From Clostridia bacterium (GTDB lineage: Bacteria > Bacillota > Peptococcia > DRI-13 > SM3-B62), in contig JAHDQS010000002.1 of assembly GCA_018433675.1 (NCBI GenBank), forward strand, positions 24,884 to 88,883: a stretch of DNA of 64,000 nt, read 5' to 3'. Each line of letters starts with the position of its first letter. Position 1 is the stretch's first letter. The notes under the pieces were generated by a model. That model searched no databases, was not told the origin of the DNA, and was given only the letters and a program-made list of their open reading frames with translations. The position numbers and the translations under genes are program-made. Positions 29,956 to 38,798 of the stretch are shown one piece after another.

Positions 29956-30197
29956 AAAACAAAATAATAAAAATCAAAAACATCAGGAATAAACAATGTA
30001 TTGTGGCAGGCGATTTTGCTAGATGGAACTAAGTTTGAGGAATATAGTCTAGCACATGGAATGAACAGTACTTCATTTTGAAGCTATTTAATGATTTTTG
30101 TCGTACTCATGTAGATAAATCAGGCGAAAACCATGATAAAAGTTGCGGCATAGGTGTTTTGATGACCATCGTTGTATTTACCAGAACGACATAATGA

Positions 30198-30659
30198 ATG
30201 ACCAAAGAAGTTGTTTCAATAGAAGAGATGTGCAACAAAATTAAGGCAGATGCTAGGGCTGTCTACGGCTCCGAGGAAGCTGTTCGTAGGGTAGAGGTCT
30301 ATTGGGAAGCAGGGGCTAACCTGATCATTTTAGAGGCCCCGAAGTCGCTGGAAGAGTTGGAATACTATGCTAAGACTCTGGTGCCAAAGGGTATTATGCT
30401 AAGCGCCAATATGCTGGATGGAGGAAGAACACCGCTGGTAACGTTTAAGCAGCTTGAAGAGATGGACTTTTCAAGCTGCAGCGTGCCTGTAATGATTATA
30501 TATGCGGCTGCTAAAGGCGTAATGGATGCTGTGAGCCGGCTTATGGCTGATGGAAAGAATGCCAACCTTGGTGATGGGTTGATTACTTTTAGCGAATTCA
30601 ATAAGTTAATCGGTTTGCATGAGATTAGAGACTTGGAAGAAAAACAGCTAGGTAGATAG
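30198..30659 (+). pseudogene. 5'-truncated, internally deleted duplicate of the ICL/PEPM-family lyase
   Basis: Near-identical to the C-terminal half of 17790-18728 (SIEEMCNKIKA, LSANMLDGGRTPLVTF); lacks KRCGH loop and N-terminus. Confidence 0.88.
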
Positions 30660-30839
30660 CAACCAAACCCGCTAACCTTACATGGATAGTACCTATAGTA
30701 ATGGTCCTTTTAAGTGAATCAACACAAGTCATAGATCCTGGCAGTTTTATGTTCTGTAAGCATTCCGTCGGAGCATATTATGCTTATTCTCTATAGTTTG
30801 GTTCCAAGCAAAGAGTGGATATAAGGCAGCCAGGGGAAA

Positions 30840-31310
30840 TTGGGAGGTGATACCGGGGAGAAAACTGTTGATGAGTACTGTATCGCGAACTGCGGGGTCA
30901 ATATGTGGCTTCTCACTGGCACCTATGTCGTGTCGTGGGTCAGGCGTCACCGGTATCATGAGTTGGTCAAGCCTCGCGTACCGCCAGGGCGTTGTATACA
31001 GCATTTGGACATACGGTTTATGGGATGTCCTTCTTTCGGATGGTTGACCGAGACTGGAAAAGCAGCTTGAAAAACCTGAATGGCAAGTTTGATAAGGAAT
31101 TATTGACTATCAAACGGGTTTTCTGAAATTGAGTCAAAGGAATAGTCAACAGTTTTTCGGAGAATATCCTAAACACTACACGGTAAGGTCTGCGTTTTGT
31201 AAGAGTTCAAAAATAGGATGGGACACAGGTAGCCTGGTCGTTTCTGCACCCTACGTCATTACCTCGGCTGATGTATATATTAGCTACCGCGATCATTGTG
31301 AATATAATAT
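30840..31310 (+). pseudogene. Probable sodium:solute symporter relic
   Basis: KTVDEY.IA..GVNMWLLTGTYVVSW, frameshift, GVTGIMSWSSLAYRQG...W resembles the SSS N-terminus; fragmented. Confidence 0.45.
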
Positions 31311-31506
31311 CTGAAGGTAAATGACAACGATTTTGTTTTCGCCGGACCATTCTTCTATCCGTTAAAAATTACTAGTGGATAGCATCTTGGAAAATTTGAC
31401 TGTTTATCGACTATAAGCTTATGATTTGCGTTTGTTTAAGTATAATAAGCATAAATAAATAAGAGAATATAGCAGGAATTATAAGAAAGTGAAAGAAGGG
31501 GAAAAA

Positions 31507-34338
31507 ATGCAGCTTAGAAAAATATGGCTTAATATTAATGGCGTGGATAGAATGCTGGTATGCAATCCTGAAAAAGATACGTTGGCTGAAGTGCTCAGAA
31601 GAATCGGATTAACAGGGGTGAAAATTGGATGCGATACGGGTCAATGTGGTTCATGCACAGTTATGTTAGATGGTGTTCCTGTTAGGAGCTGTGTAAGGAA
31701 AATGAAATCCGTGCCAGAATATGCAAAAATTATAACGATTGAAGGCATTGGTACACCCCAGCATCTTCATCCGCTGCAGATGGCGTGGATCACCTATGGC
31801 GGGGTGCAGTGCGGTTTTTGCACACCCGGCTTTATCGTGTCCGCAAAAGCGTTGCTTGATGTTAATCCAGCTCCTTCCAGGAAAGAGGTGCGTGCGTGGT
31901 TTCAGAAGCATCGCAATGTTTGCCGTTGCACGGGATATAAGCCTTTAGTTGATGCTGTAATGGCTGCCGCTGAAGTAATGCGCGGCGAAAAGACCATGGA
32001 AGACATTACTTGGAAATCAGGTGAAAGTGATGATATATATGGTACTCGTTACCCCAAACCGACTGCAGTGGCAAAAGTTACCGGGCTCTGTGATTTTGGC
32101 GATGATATCGCGCTGAAAATGCCTGCCGGTACTTTGCATTTGGCAATTGTGCAGCCCAAGGTTTCCCATGCGAAAATTTTGAATATCGATTTTACTGCAG
32201 TAGAAGCGATGTCCGGTGTTGTCAAGGTCATTACCGCCAAAGATATTAAAGGGACGAATATAGTTACGGGCGGAACGAAACATCCACGTGCAACTTCTGA
32301 TACGAAGCTTAAACCAATAATTTGCGGTGATAAAATTTACCGTTATGGGGATGTGGTTGCGGTTGTCGCCGCTAATACCAGAGAAGAGGCCCGAACTGCA
32401 GCAGAAAAAGTGGTTGTTGAATTTGAAGAATTGCCGGCTAATATGACAGCATTGGAATCCCTGGCGCCCGGAGCGCCGCAAATTCATTCGCAAACCCCGA
32501 ATATTTATGGGATACATCGTGTGACTAAGGGCGAAGATACTCGCAATATTATTCCAAAGGCTGAATATGTGGTGGAAGGCAGTTTCCATTCTTCCCGCGA
32601 ACCGCACTTGCCGATTGAGCCTGATGTCATGCAGGCCTACTGGGATGAAGAAGGCAGGATTACGATTCAGTGTAAGAGCCAGAATATTCATGGCAATAAA
32701 AACGCAATCGCTGACGGTATTGGGTTGCCGCCTGAAAAGATACGCATCATTCAAAACCCTACCGGAGCTAGTTTCGGTTATTCCATGAGTCCCACTGGGT
32801 ACGCGCTGGTGGCGGCATGTGCCATGGCGGTAGACGCTCCGGTGGCATTGACCATGTCTTATCCTGAGCACCAGGCTTTCAGTGGCAAACGAGCTCCGTC
32901 ATATACGAATGCCCGTCTGGCCTGTGATGAAGATGGCAAGATTATCGCTCTTGAATATGATATGGTTTTGGAAAGCGGTGCTTATCCGGAAACGTCCATG
33001 AAATTGGCGGATAAAGCCATTCGGTTTATTGGCAATCCCTATAATGTCCCGAATATTAATGGCATCTGCAAATCTGTTTTAAGCAACAATTCCTTTGGCG
33101 TTCAGTACCGCGGTTATGGTTCGCCACAAAGTTATACTTCCTCCGAAGCGCTTATGGACATGATGGCGGAAAAAATCGGCATGGACCGCTTCGAATTTAG
33201 GTACCTTAATATTGCGCGTCCCAATGATTTAACGGTCAACAGTTATCCCTATCGTGAATATCCAATGCAGGAAATGATGGATATTATTCGTCCTTATTAC
33301 AAGGAAATGGTGGGCAGAGCCAAAGCCGAAAGCACAGAGACAATAAAACGTGGTGTTGGCATCGTTTGGGGCGGCTATCATGTGGGTTCGCCCAAAGACA
33401 AATGCGAGGTTGAGCTGGAACTCAACCCGGACGGCAGCATTACGCATCTGAATTCTTGGGAACAGATGGGGCAGGGCTCAGATACTGGTACTCTTGCCCA
33501 TACCCATGCGGCTCTGCGCCCATTGGGGATTACCCCAGATCAGATCAAGCTTGTACAAAACGATACCGCGATTACGCCGGTAACAGGTCCTGCGGCAGGT
33601 AGCCGCTCGCACTATATGGCTGGCAACGCAACCATCCTTGCCGCGAATGCGTTGATGGATGCAATGCGCAAACCTGATGGCAGTTTTCGGACATATAGCG
33701 AAATGGTCGCCGAAGGTATTCCTACTAAACATATGGGTGTATCCGACACTATTGACAACACGATTCCGATAGATCCCGATACAGGTCACGGCAATGCCTC
33801 GCCGGAAGCCAACTATCTGTTAATGCTGATGGAAGTCGAAGTCAACCTGCAAACATGCAAAACAAAAGTGCTATCTGTAAAGGCGGTTTCCGATATCGGC
33901 AAAGTTGGCAACTTATTGGCGGTGGAAGGACAAGCTTATGGCGGTCTTTCTCATTCAATAGGTTTTGCACTCACTGAGGATTACAGTGATTTTAAAAAGC
34001 ATTCCACACTGCAGGGTGCCGGTATTCCCAATATTGAAGATGTTCCTGACGATATCGAATATATATTCCATGAAACTCCGCGGGAACGAGGACCGCATGG
34101 CTCCAGTGGCTGCTCTGAAAGTTATCAAAGTGTGGGTCATATGGCGATTATTAACGCCATCTATGATGCGATCGGAGTGAGAATTTATGAATTGCCCGCT
34201 ACGCCAGAAAAAATCAAAGCAGCTTTAGAGGCAAAAGCGCGTGGAGAAGAATTGAAGCCGAAGAAATATTTTTTAGGCGGCGATTTCTACGAAACCTTTG
34301 ATTACATTAAAAACAACCCGCTAAAAAAACAGGAATAA
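31507..34338 (+). CDS. Molybdopterin aldehyde oxidoreductase, xanthine oxidase family (Desulfovibrio Mop type; 2x[2Fe-2S] plus Mo domain, no FAD domain)
   Basis: GCDTGQCGSC..C, QCGFCTPG..CRCTGY, GASFG, YRGYG.PQ, MGQG, VEGQ, GCSE; ATG 31507 after GAAGGGG. Confidence 0.92.
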   Translation: MQLRKIWLNINGVDRMLVCNPEKDTLAEVLRRIGLTGVKIGCDTGQCGSCTVMLDGVPVRSCVRKMKSVPEYAKIITIEGIGTPQHLHPLQMAWITYGGVQCGFCTPGFIVSAKALLDVNPAPSRKEVRAWFQKHRNVCRCTGYKPLVDAVMAAAEVMRGEKTMEDITWKSGESDDIYGTRYPKPTAVAKVTGLCDFGDDIALKMPAGTLHLAIVQPKVSHAKILNIDFTAVEAMSGVVKVITAKDIKGTNIVTGGTKHPRATSDTKLKPIICGDKIYRYGDVVAVVAANTREEARTAAEKVVVEFEELPANMTALESLAPGAPQIHSQTPNIYGIHRVTKGEDTRNIIPKAEYVVEGSFHSSREPHLPIEPDVMQAYWDEEGRITIQCKSQNIHGNKNAIADGIGLPPEKIRIIQNPTGASFGYSMSPTGYALVAACAMAVDAPVALTMSYPEHQAFSGKRAPSYTNARLACDEDGKIIALEYDMVLESGAYPETSMKLADKAIRFIGNPYNVPNINGICKSVLSNNSFGVQYRGYGSPQSYTSSEALMDMMAEKIGMDRFEFRYLNIARPNDLTVNSYPYREYPMQEMMDIIRPYYKEMVGRAKAESTETIKRGVGIVWGGYHVGSPKDKCEVELELNPDGSITHLNSWEQMGQGSDTGTLAHTHAALRPLGITPDQIKLVQNDTAITPVTGPAAGSRSHYMAGNATILAANALMDAMRKPDGSFRTYSEMVAEGIPTKHMGVSDTIDNTIPIDPDTGHGNASPEANYLLMLMEVEVNLQTCKTKVLSVKAVSDIGKVGNLLAVEGQAYGGLSHSIGFALTEDYSDFKKHSTLQGAGIPNIEDVPDDIEYIFHETPRERGPHGSSGCSESYQSVGHMAIINAIYDAIGVRIYELPATPEKIKAALEAKARGEELKPKKYFLGGDFYETFDYIKNNPLKKQE

Positions 34339-34402
34339 TTATTTTATTTGCAGCGTTGTGAAGTTGTACTTTGCCCCAAATTAGCAAATATAGGGACTGC
34401 TA

Positions 34403-34431
34403 TTGACAACTCCAAATTATGTTAGTATTTT
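34403..34431 (+). promoter_or_regulatory. Putative sigma-A promoter for leader-iclR-acn-prpF
   Basis: TTGACA(34403)-17-TATTTT. Confidence 0.5.
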
Positions 34432-34482
34432 AATAGTGTCAAAGATACATCTGTACAAAAATAAAAAATAGTTTTAAGTTGT

Positions 34483-34646
34483 GGGGGACGATCTGGAGTA
34501 TAGGCGGTCGATGTGGCTATGATAGCGAATAGTTGTTAGGATAGCGTTACCTGCGTGATGCCGGTCTGGCGTTTGCGAAGTTGCGGCGCCCGCCATACTT
34601 ACAGTAGCGTTTCTGTGAAAGGCTGAAGTAAGATCGTCCTTTTTTT
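34483..34646 (+). ncRNA. Unidentified structured RNA (candidate cis-regulatory leader or sRNA)
   Basis: GC-rich stretch in AT-rich intergenic DNA; GGACGATCT/AGATCGTCC closing stem followed by T7; nested GAGTATAGGCGG/CCGCCATACTT helix. Confidence 0.55.
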
Positions 34647-34736
34647 CTGTGTTGCTTTGAAATGGCCGGTTGTGCTTGCAGGCGGCAAACAGCTTTTCAT
34701 ATGGGCTAGTTTACAGTTAAAGAAACAGGAGTGATA

Positions 34737-35486
34737 ATGATGCTTGAGAAAGACGCGAATGTGCGCTCTGTAGAACGCGCGATAGATATTTTGAATTGTT
34801 TTACAAAAGAGCGGCTTGCATTGACTTTGACTGAGATTTCAAAGCAAGTAGGGTTAGCCCCGAGTACTGCTTTACGCATAGTGACTACGCTTGTAAACAA
34901 CAATTTTCTTGCCAAGAATGAAGAAACTCAAAAGTATTGTTTGGGCTACAACATTGCGCAGTTAGGTTTACTCTGTTTTTATAATATGGACTTAAGAGAC
35001 ATATCAAAGCCTTATATGTATAGGTTGAAAGATATCTATAATGAGAGTGTTAGCTTGTATACCACGCAAGGAAATTACAGAGTATGCATTGAAAGGATTG
35101 AAAGCACACATCCACTGCGGAGGGTAGTAAATATAGGCGATAATCTACCATTAACGCGAGGCGCATCCGGTAGGTTATTGTTGGCTTATATGGAGAAGGA
35201 AGTAATAAGGTATCTGCTTGAAGATGATCCTTATACAACAGAAGAGGCAATTGTCAGAGTGCGCCAGCTGGGTTATGCTGTGAGCCAGGGAGAACGTGAG
35301 GAGGGTGTTACATCAATTGCCGCCCCTATTTTTAATGCGCAAAATAAAGTGATCGCTGCTTTGAGCATATCCGGTCCGTCAATAAGATTTGCAGAGGAAG
35401 AAATGCCGGAGAGAATTAACAGCGTTAAGGAGTGTGCAGAAAAAGTCTCCCTTGAACTAGGACATAAAAAAGAACACAGTTATTAA
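34737..35486 (+). CDS. IclR-family transcriptional regulator
   Basis: VRSVERAIDIL, HTH (LTEISKQVGLAPSTALRIV), GASGRLLLA, GYAVS.GE..EGVTSIAAPI. Confidence 0.95.
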   Translation: MMLEKDANVRSVERAIDILNCFTKERLALTLTEISKQVGLAPSTALRIVTTLVNNNFLAKNEETQKYCLGYNIAQLGLLCFYNMDLRDISKPYMYRLKDIYNESVSLYTTQGNYRVCIERIESTHPLRRVVNIGDNLPLTRGASGRLLLAYMEKEVIRYLLEDDPYTTEEAIVRVRQLGYAVSQGEREEGVTSIAAPIFNAQNKVIAALSISGPSIRFAEEEMPERINSVKECAEKVSLELGHKKEHSY

Positions 35487-35597
35487 AAAGCCCAACAACT
35501 GTTTGACAAAAACCGTACTCTCGTTCTGATGGAACACGCGGCGTCTTTTGGCGTTAAACTATCAGAATTGTCAAGGTATCGATAGGAGATGAGAATC

Positions 35598-37544
35598 ATG
35601 GGTCAGCACATATTTTGTAAGATTATAGATGCGCATAAGGTGTCCGGCGAGCTCCAAGTCGGCAAAGAAGTAGCTATCAGAATAGACCAGACATTAACAC
35701 AGGATTCATTGGGCGCAATGGCCTATTTGCAATTTGAGGCAATGAAGAAAGAAAAGGTCGAAACCGAGTTGTCGGTTTCCTATGTCGATCACTTGATGCT
35801 GCAATTGGGAGAAGGCAATGGAGATGTACATAGATATCTTGAAACTGTTGCCGACAGGCATGGTATTGTTTACTCCAAGGCTGGTAATGGAATTTGCCAT
35901 CAGGTGCATCTTGAACGTTTTTCCCGGCCGGGGAAAACACTTATAGGCAGTGACAGCCACACGGTAACCTGCGGAGCCGTTGGTATGGCGGCATTTGGTG
36001 TGGGCGGGCTGGATGTGGCGCTGGCAATGGGAGGCGTACCCTTTTATTTCACATACCCCCGTGCTATCCGCGTCGTGCTTGAAGGGGAGTTGGCTCCCTG
36101 GACAACCGCTAAGGATATAATCTTGGAATTGTTAGGCCGTATTACGACAAAGGGCAATGTAGGTACCATTATCGAGTACAGCGGATCGGCGTTAAAGAGC
36201 CTGAATGTACCCCAACGAGCTACGATAGCCAACATGGGTGCAGAGGCCGGTATTACTACTTCTATTTTCCCCAGTGATGAAATGACGCGGGCCTTTTTCA
36301 GAGCCCAAGGCAGAGAACAGGATTGGCTCCCCTTGGAATCCGACCCGGACGCCGAATATGATAAAGAAATAGTTCTTAATTTGGCGGAAATTGAGCCCAG
36401 CGTTGCGATTCCCCATTCCCCGGACTTTGTTAAGAAAGTTAGAGAAATAGAGGATTTGAAGGTTAATCAGGTACTTATCGGAAGCTGCACGAACTCGTCT
36501 TATCAGGATATGATGCGGACAGCGTTGATATTAAAGGATAAAAAGATTTATCCGGATGTAGAACTTGGAATTTCTGCGGGCTCCAGGCAGGTGCTTTCCA
36601 TGCTGGCAGAAGTCGGTGCGCTTGGCTGGATGATAGACGCGGGGGCTCGTATTCTCGAAAGCGGCTGCGGGTTCTGCGTAGGGCAAGGGCAGGCGCCCGA
36701 AAAAGGTGCGGTATCGATACGTACCAACAATCGCAATTACAAAGGCAGAAGCGGAACTCAGGATGCAAAAGTCTATCTGGTAAGCCCGGAGACAGCTGCT
36801 GCCACAGCACTAGCCGGCGTGTTGACCGATCCTAGGACGATGGGGATGGATTACCCGAATGTACAGATGCCGGAAAAGTTTAAGCATGATGACAGTATGT
36901 TTCTGTTTCCTACTGGTACTAAGAAGATATATCGAAGTTCACTCATTGGTGAACCGCCGATCAACACACCAATGCCAGAATCCTTCGAAGGCAAGGTTGC
37001 AATCAAGGTAGGTGATATGATAAACACGGATGATATTATCCCCGGTGGCCCTGCCATGACATTCCGTGCGAATATACAGAAATCGTGTGACTTCGTTTTT
37101 CAGTTTATAGATGAAGAGTTCCCCGAAAACTGTGCAGCAATACGTGAAGAGGGTCGTTCTCCCATAATAGTAGGAGGTGTCAGTTATGGACAGGGGTCTT
37201 CACGGGAGCATGCCGCCCTTTGTCCGATGGTAATGGGAGTACGCTGTTTGCTGGCAAAGAGCATTGAACGAATCCATCAAGCCAACCTGATTAATTTTGG
37301 TATATTGCCGTTGCTTTTTGAAAACGAGGCGGACTATGAGCACATAGGCCAGGGAGATATTATTTCTATCGAAAATATTCACAATGCTGTTTTGCGGGAT
37401 CGTGTATCAGTTGTCAATAAAACAAAGAATGAAACCTATATCACAAAGAACGGTACGACCGAGCGGCAGCGCTCCATTATTCTGGCAGGTGGGCTGCTCA
37501 ACTCTATTAGAAATAAACAAGAAAGCAGGGATCTATATGTATAA
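35598..37544 (+). CDS. Single-chain aconitase-family hydratase (about 650 aa, LeuC+LeuD-like domains)
   Basis: GICHQ, GSDSHT, IGSCTN, CGFCVG, NRNYKGRSG, NTDDIIP, YGQGSSREHA; alternative start 35589. Confidence 0.92.
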   Translation: MGQHIFCKIIDAHKVSGELQVGKEVAIRIDQTLTQDSLGAMAYLQFEAMKKEKVETELSVSYVDHLMLQLGEGNGDVHRYLETVADRHGIVYSKAGNGICHQVHLERFSRPGKTLIGSDSHTVTCGAVGMAAFGVGGLDVALAMGGVPFYFTYPRAIRVVLEGELAPWTTAKDIILELLGRITTKGNVGTIIEYSGSALKSLNVPQRATIANMGAEAGITTSIFPSDEMTRAFFRAQGREQDWLPLESDPDAEYDKEIVLNLAEIEPSVAIPHSPDFVKKVREIEDLKVNQVLIGSCTNSSYQDMMRTALILKDKKIYPDVELGISAGSRQVLSMLAEVGALGWMIDAGARILESGCGFCVGQGQAPEKGAVSIRTNNRNYKGRSGTQDAKVYLVSPETAAATALAGVLTDPRTMGMDYPNVQMPEKFKHDDSMFLFPTGTKKIYRSSLIGEPPINTPMPESFEGKVAIKVGDMINTDDIIPGGPAMTFRANIQKSCDFVFQFIDEEFPENCAAIREEGRSPIIVGGVSYGQGSSREHAALCPMVMGVRCLLAKSIERIHQANLINFGILPLLFENEADYEHIGQGDIISIENIHNAVLRDRVSVVNKTKNETYITKNGTTERQRSIILAGGLLNSIRNKQESRDLYV

Positions 37545-38703
37545 ACCAAACACCAAAATTCCGTGTGTTTATATGAGAGGCGGCACCAGCAAGGCGTGTT
37601 TCTTCCATGACAAGGATATTCCTAAGGACCCTGCCCAAAGAGACAAGGTGATTTTAAGTGCATTCGGGAGTCCTGACCGTCGTCAAATAGACGGTATGGG
37701 CGGTGCTGACACTTCAACAAGTAAAGTTGCCATAATCAGCAAGAGCGAGCGTGAGGGCGTTGACATTGATTACGATTTCGGCCAGGTTAGTATTGACTTA
37801 CCGATTGTAGGTAAAACAATGAACTGCGGAAACATCTCCTCGGCTGTAGGCCCCTTTGCCATTGATGAAGGATTGGTTGAAGCGGTGGAACCGATAACGG
37901 TTGTCCGTATATTCAATACCAATACCAATAAGAGGATAATTGCGCATGTTCCCGTTAAGGACGGCAAAGCGCTGACTGAAGGGGATTTCCATATAGATGG
38001 TGTTCCTGGTACCGGTGCTAAGATTCGCCTTGAATTCCAAAATCCTCAGGGCTCCGTATCGGGAAAGCTGCTACCTACAGGAAATCCTAAAGATACTATC
38101 GAGATTGAGGGTAAAACCTACGAATATTCTTTCGTAGATGCTGCAAACCCTGTGGTTTTTGTCCGGGCAGAACTGTTCGGGCTTACTGGGACAGAAATGC
38201 CCTGGGAGTTCGAGGCTCGTTCGGATGCCAAGGAAATATGCCGCATACTTGAGATTATTCGGGGTACCTGTGCAATAAAAATAGGACTTGCCAGCAGTCT
38301 TGAGGATGCTGCGGTCAACAGCCAAACCCTTCCCAAGATACTGTATTGTACAGAGCCCAAGGATTATACCTCTGGCAGCGGCAAAGAGATTAAGAAAGAA
38401 GACGTTGATTATGTAGGACGTATGTTCTCATTAGGCATGAAAATGATTCAAGCTTACATGGGTACTGGCAGTATTTGCACCATTGTTGCCGCAAATACTG
38501 CCGGTACAATAGTAAATGACATTTTATGCAAAGATAAGGCGGGGCACAAGGTAAAGAAGGTTCGCATAGGACATCCTTTCGGTATTATGGAAGTAGAAGC
38601 CAATTTGGAGGATATGGATTGTGGCGGCCACATTGTAAAATCCGGAATACTGGGAAGAACTGCAAGAAGAATCATGGAAGGATACGTTTATGTTCGTGAT
38701 TGA
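37537..38703 (+). CDS. PrpF/methylitaconate isomerase family protein
   Basis: MRGGTSK, RQIDGMGG..STSKV, NCGN, HPFG, RTARRIMEG; ATG overlaps aconitase 3' end. Confidence 0.92.
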   Translation: MYKPNTKIPCVYMRGGTSKACFFHDKDIPKDPAQRDKVILSAFGSPDRRQIDGMGGADTSTSKVAIISKSEREGVDIDYDFGQVSIDLPIVGKTMNCGNISSAVGPFAIDEGLVEAVEPITVVRIFNTNTNKRIIAHVPVKDGKALTEGDFHIDGVPGTGAKIRLEFQNPQGSVSGKLLPTGNPKDTIEIEGKTYEYSFVDAANPVVFVRAELFGLTGTEMPWEFEARSDAKEICRILEIIRGTCAIKIGLASSLEDAAVNSQTLPKILYCTEPKDYTSGSGKEIKKEDVDYVGRMFSLGMKMIQAYMGTGSICTIVAANTAGTIVNDILCKDKAGHKVKKVRIGHPFGIMEVEANLEDMDCGGHIVKSGILGRTARRIMEGYVYVRD

Positions 38704-38765
38704 ATGAAGAGCCATATCTGGAACAACACCTGCCGTGCAAGTCAAGCTTGGTGTAGATGATACTG

Positions 38766-38789
38766 TGTAGAGATATTAATTAACTTCAG
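38766..38789 (+). repeat. Right copy of 24-bp direct repeat
   Basis: TGTAGAGATATTAATTAACTTCAG followed by ATAA (reads VEILINFR*, the phosphoesterase C-terminus). Confidence 0.8.
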
Positions 38790-38798
38790 ATAAGAGAG

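Larger units (their letters stand above)
17358..38765. mobile_element. About 21-kb catabolic island between direct repeats; no integrase recognised
   Basis: Flanking 24-bp repeat, duplicated neighbour-gene relic, many pseudogenes, AT-rich intergenic tracts, accessory catabolic content. Confidence 0.55.

Noticed and set aside
29960-30190. Possible second PrpD relic (LLDGTKFEEYSLAHG)
   Set aside because: Too short and diverged to support without a search
32017-32871. Long antisense ORFs (e.g. 32017..32871, 54525..55274, 42571..43179, 62967..63626)
   Set aside because: Shadows of well-supported genes on the opposite strand, with no recognisable motifs
34496-34545. GAG/TAG repeats as a TRAP (MtrB) binding site
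   Set aside because: Only about six triplets with irregular spacing, versus the roughly 9-11 closely spaced repeats of known sites; downstream genes are not Trp-related
37384-37536. Long N-terminal extension of PrpF
   Set aside because: Overlaps the aconitase coding region; family homology starts at ATG 37537
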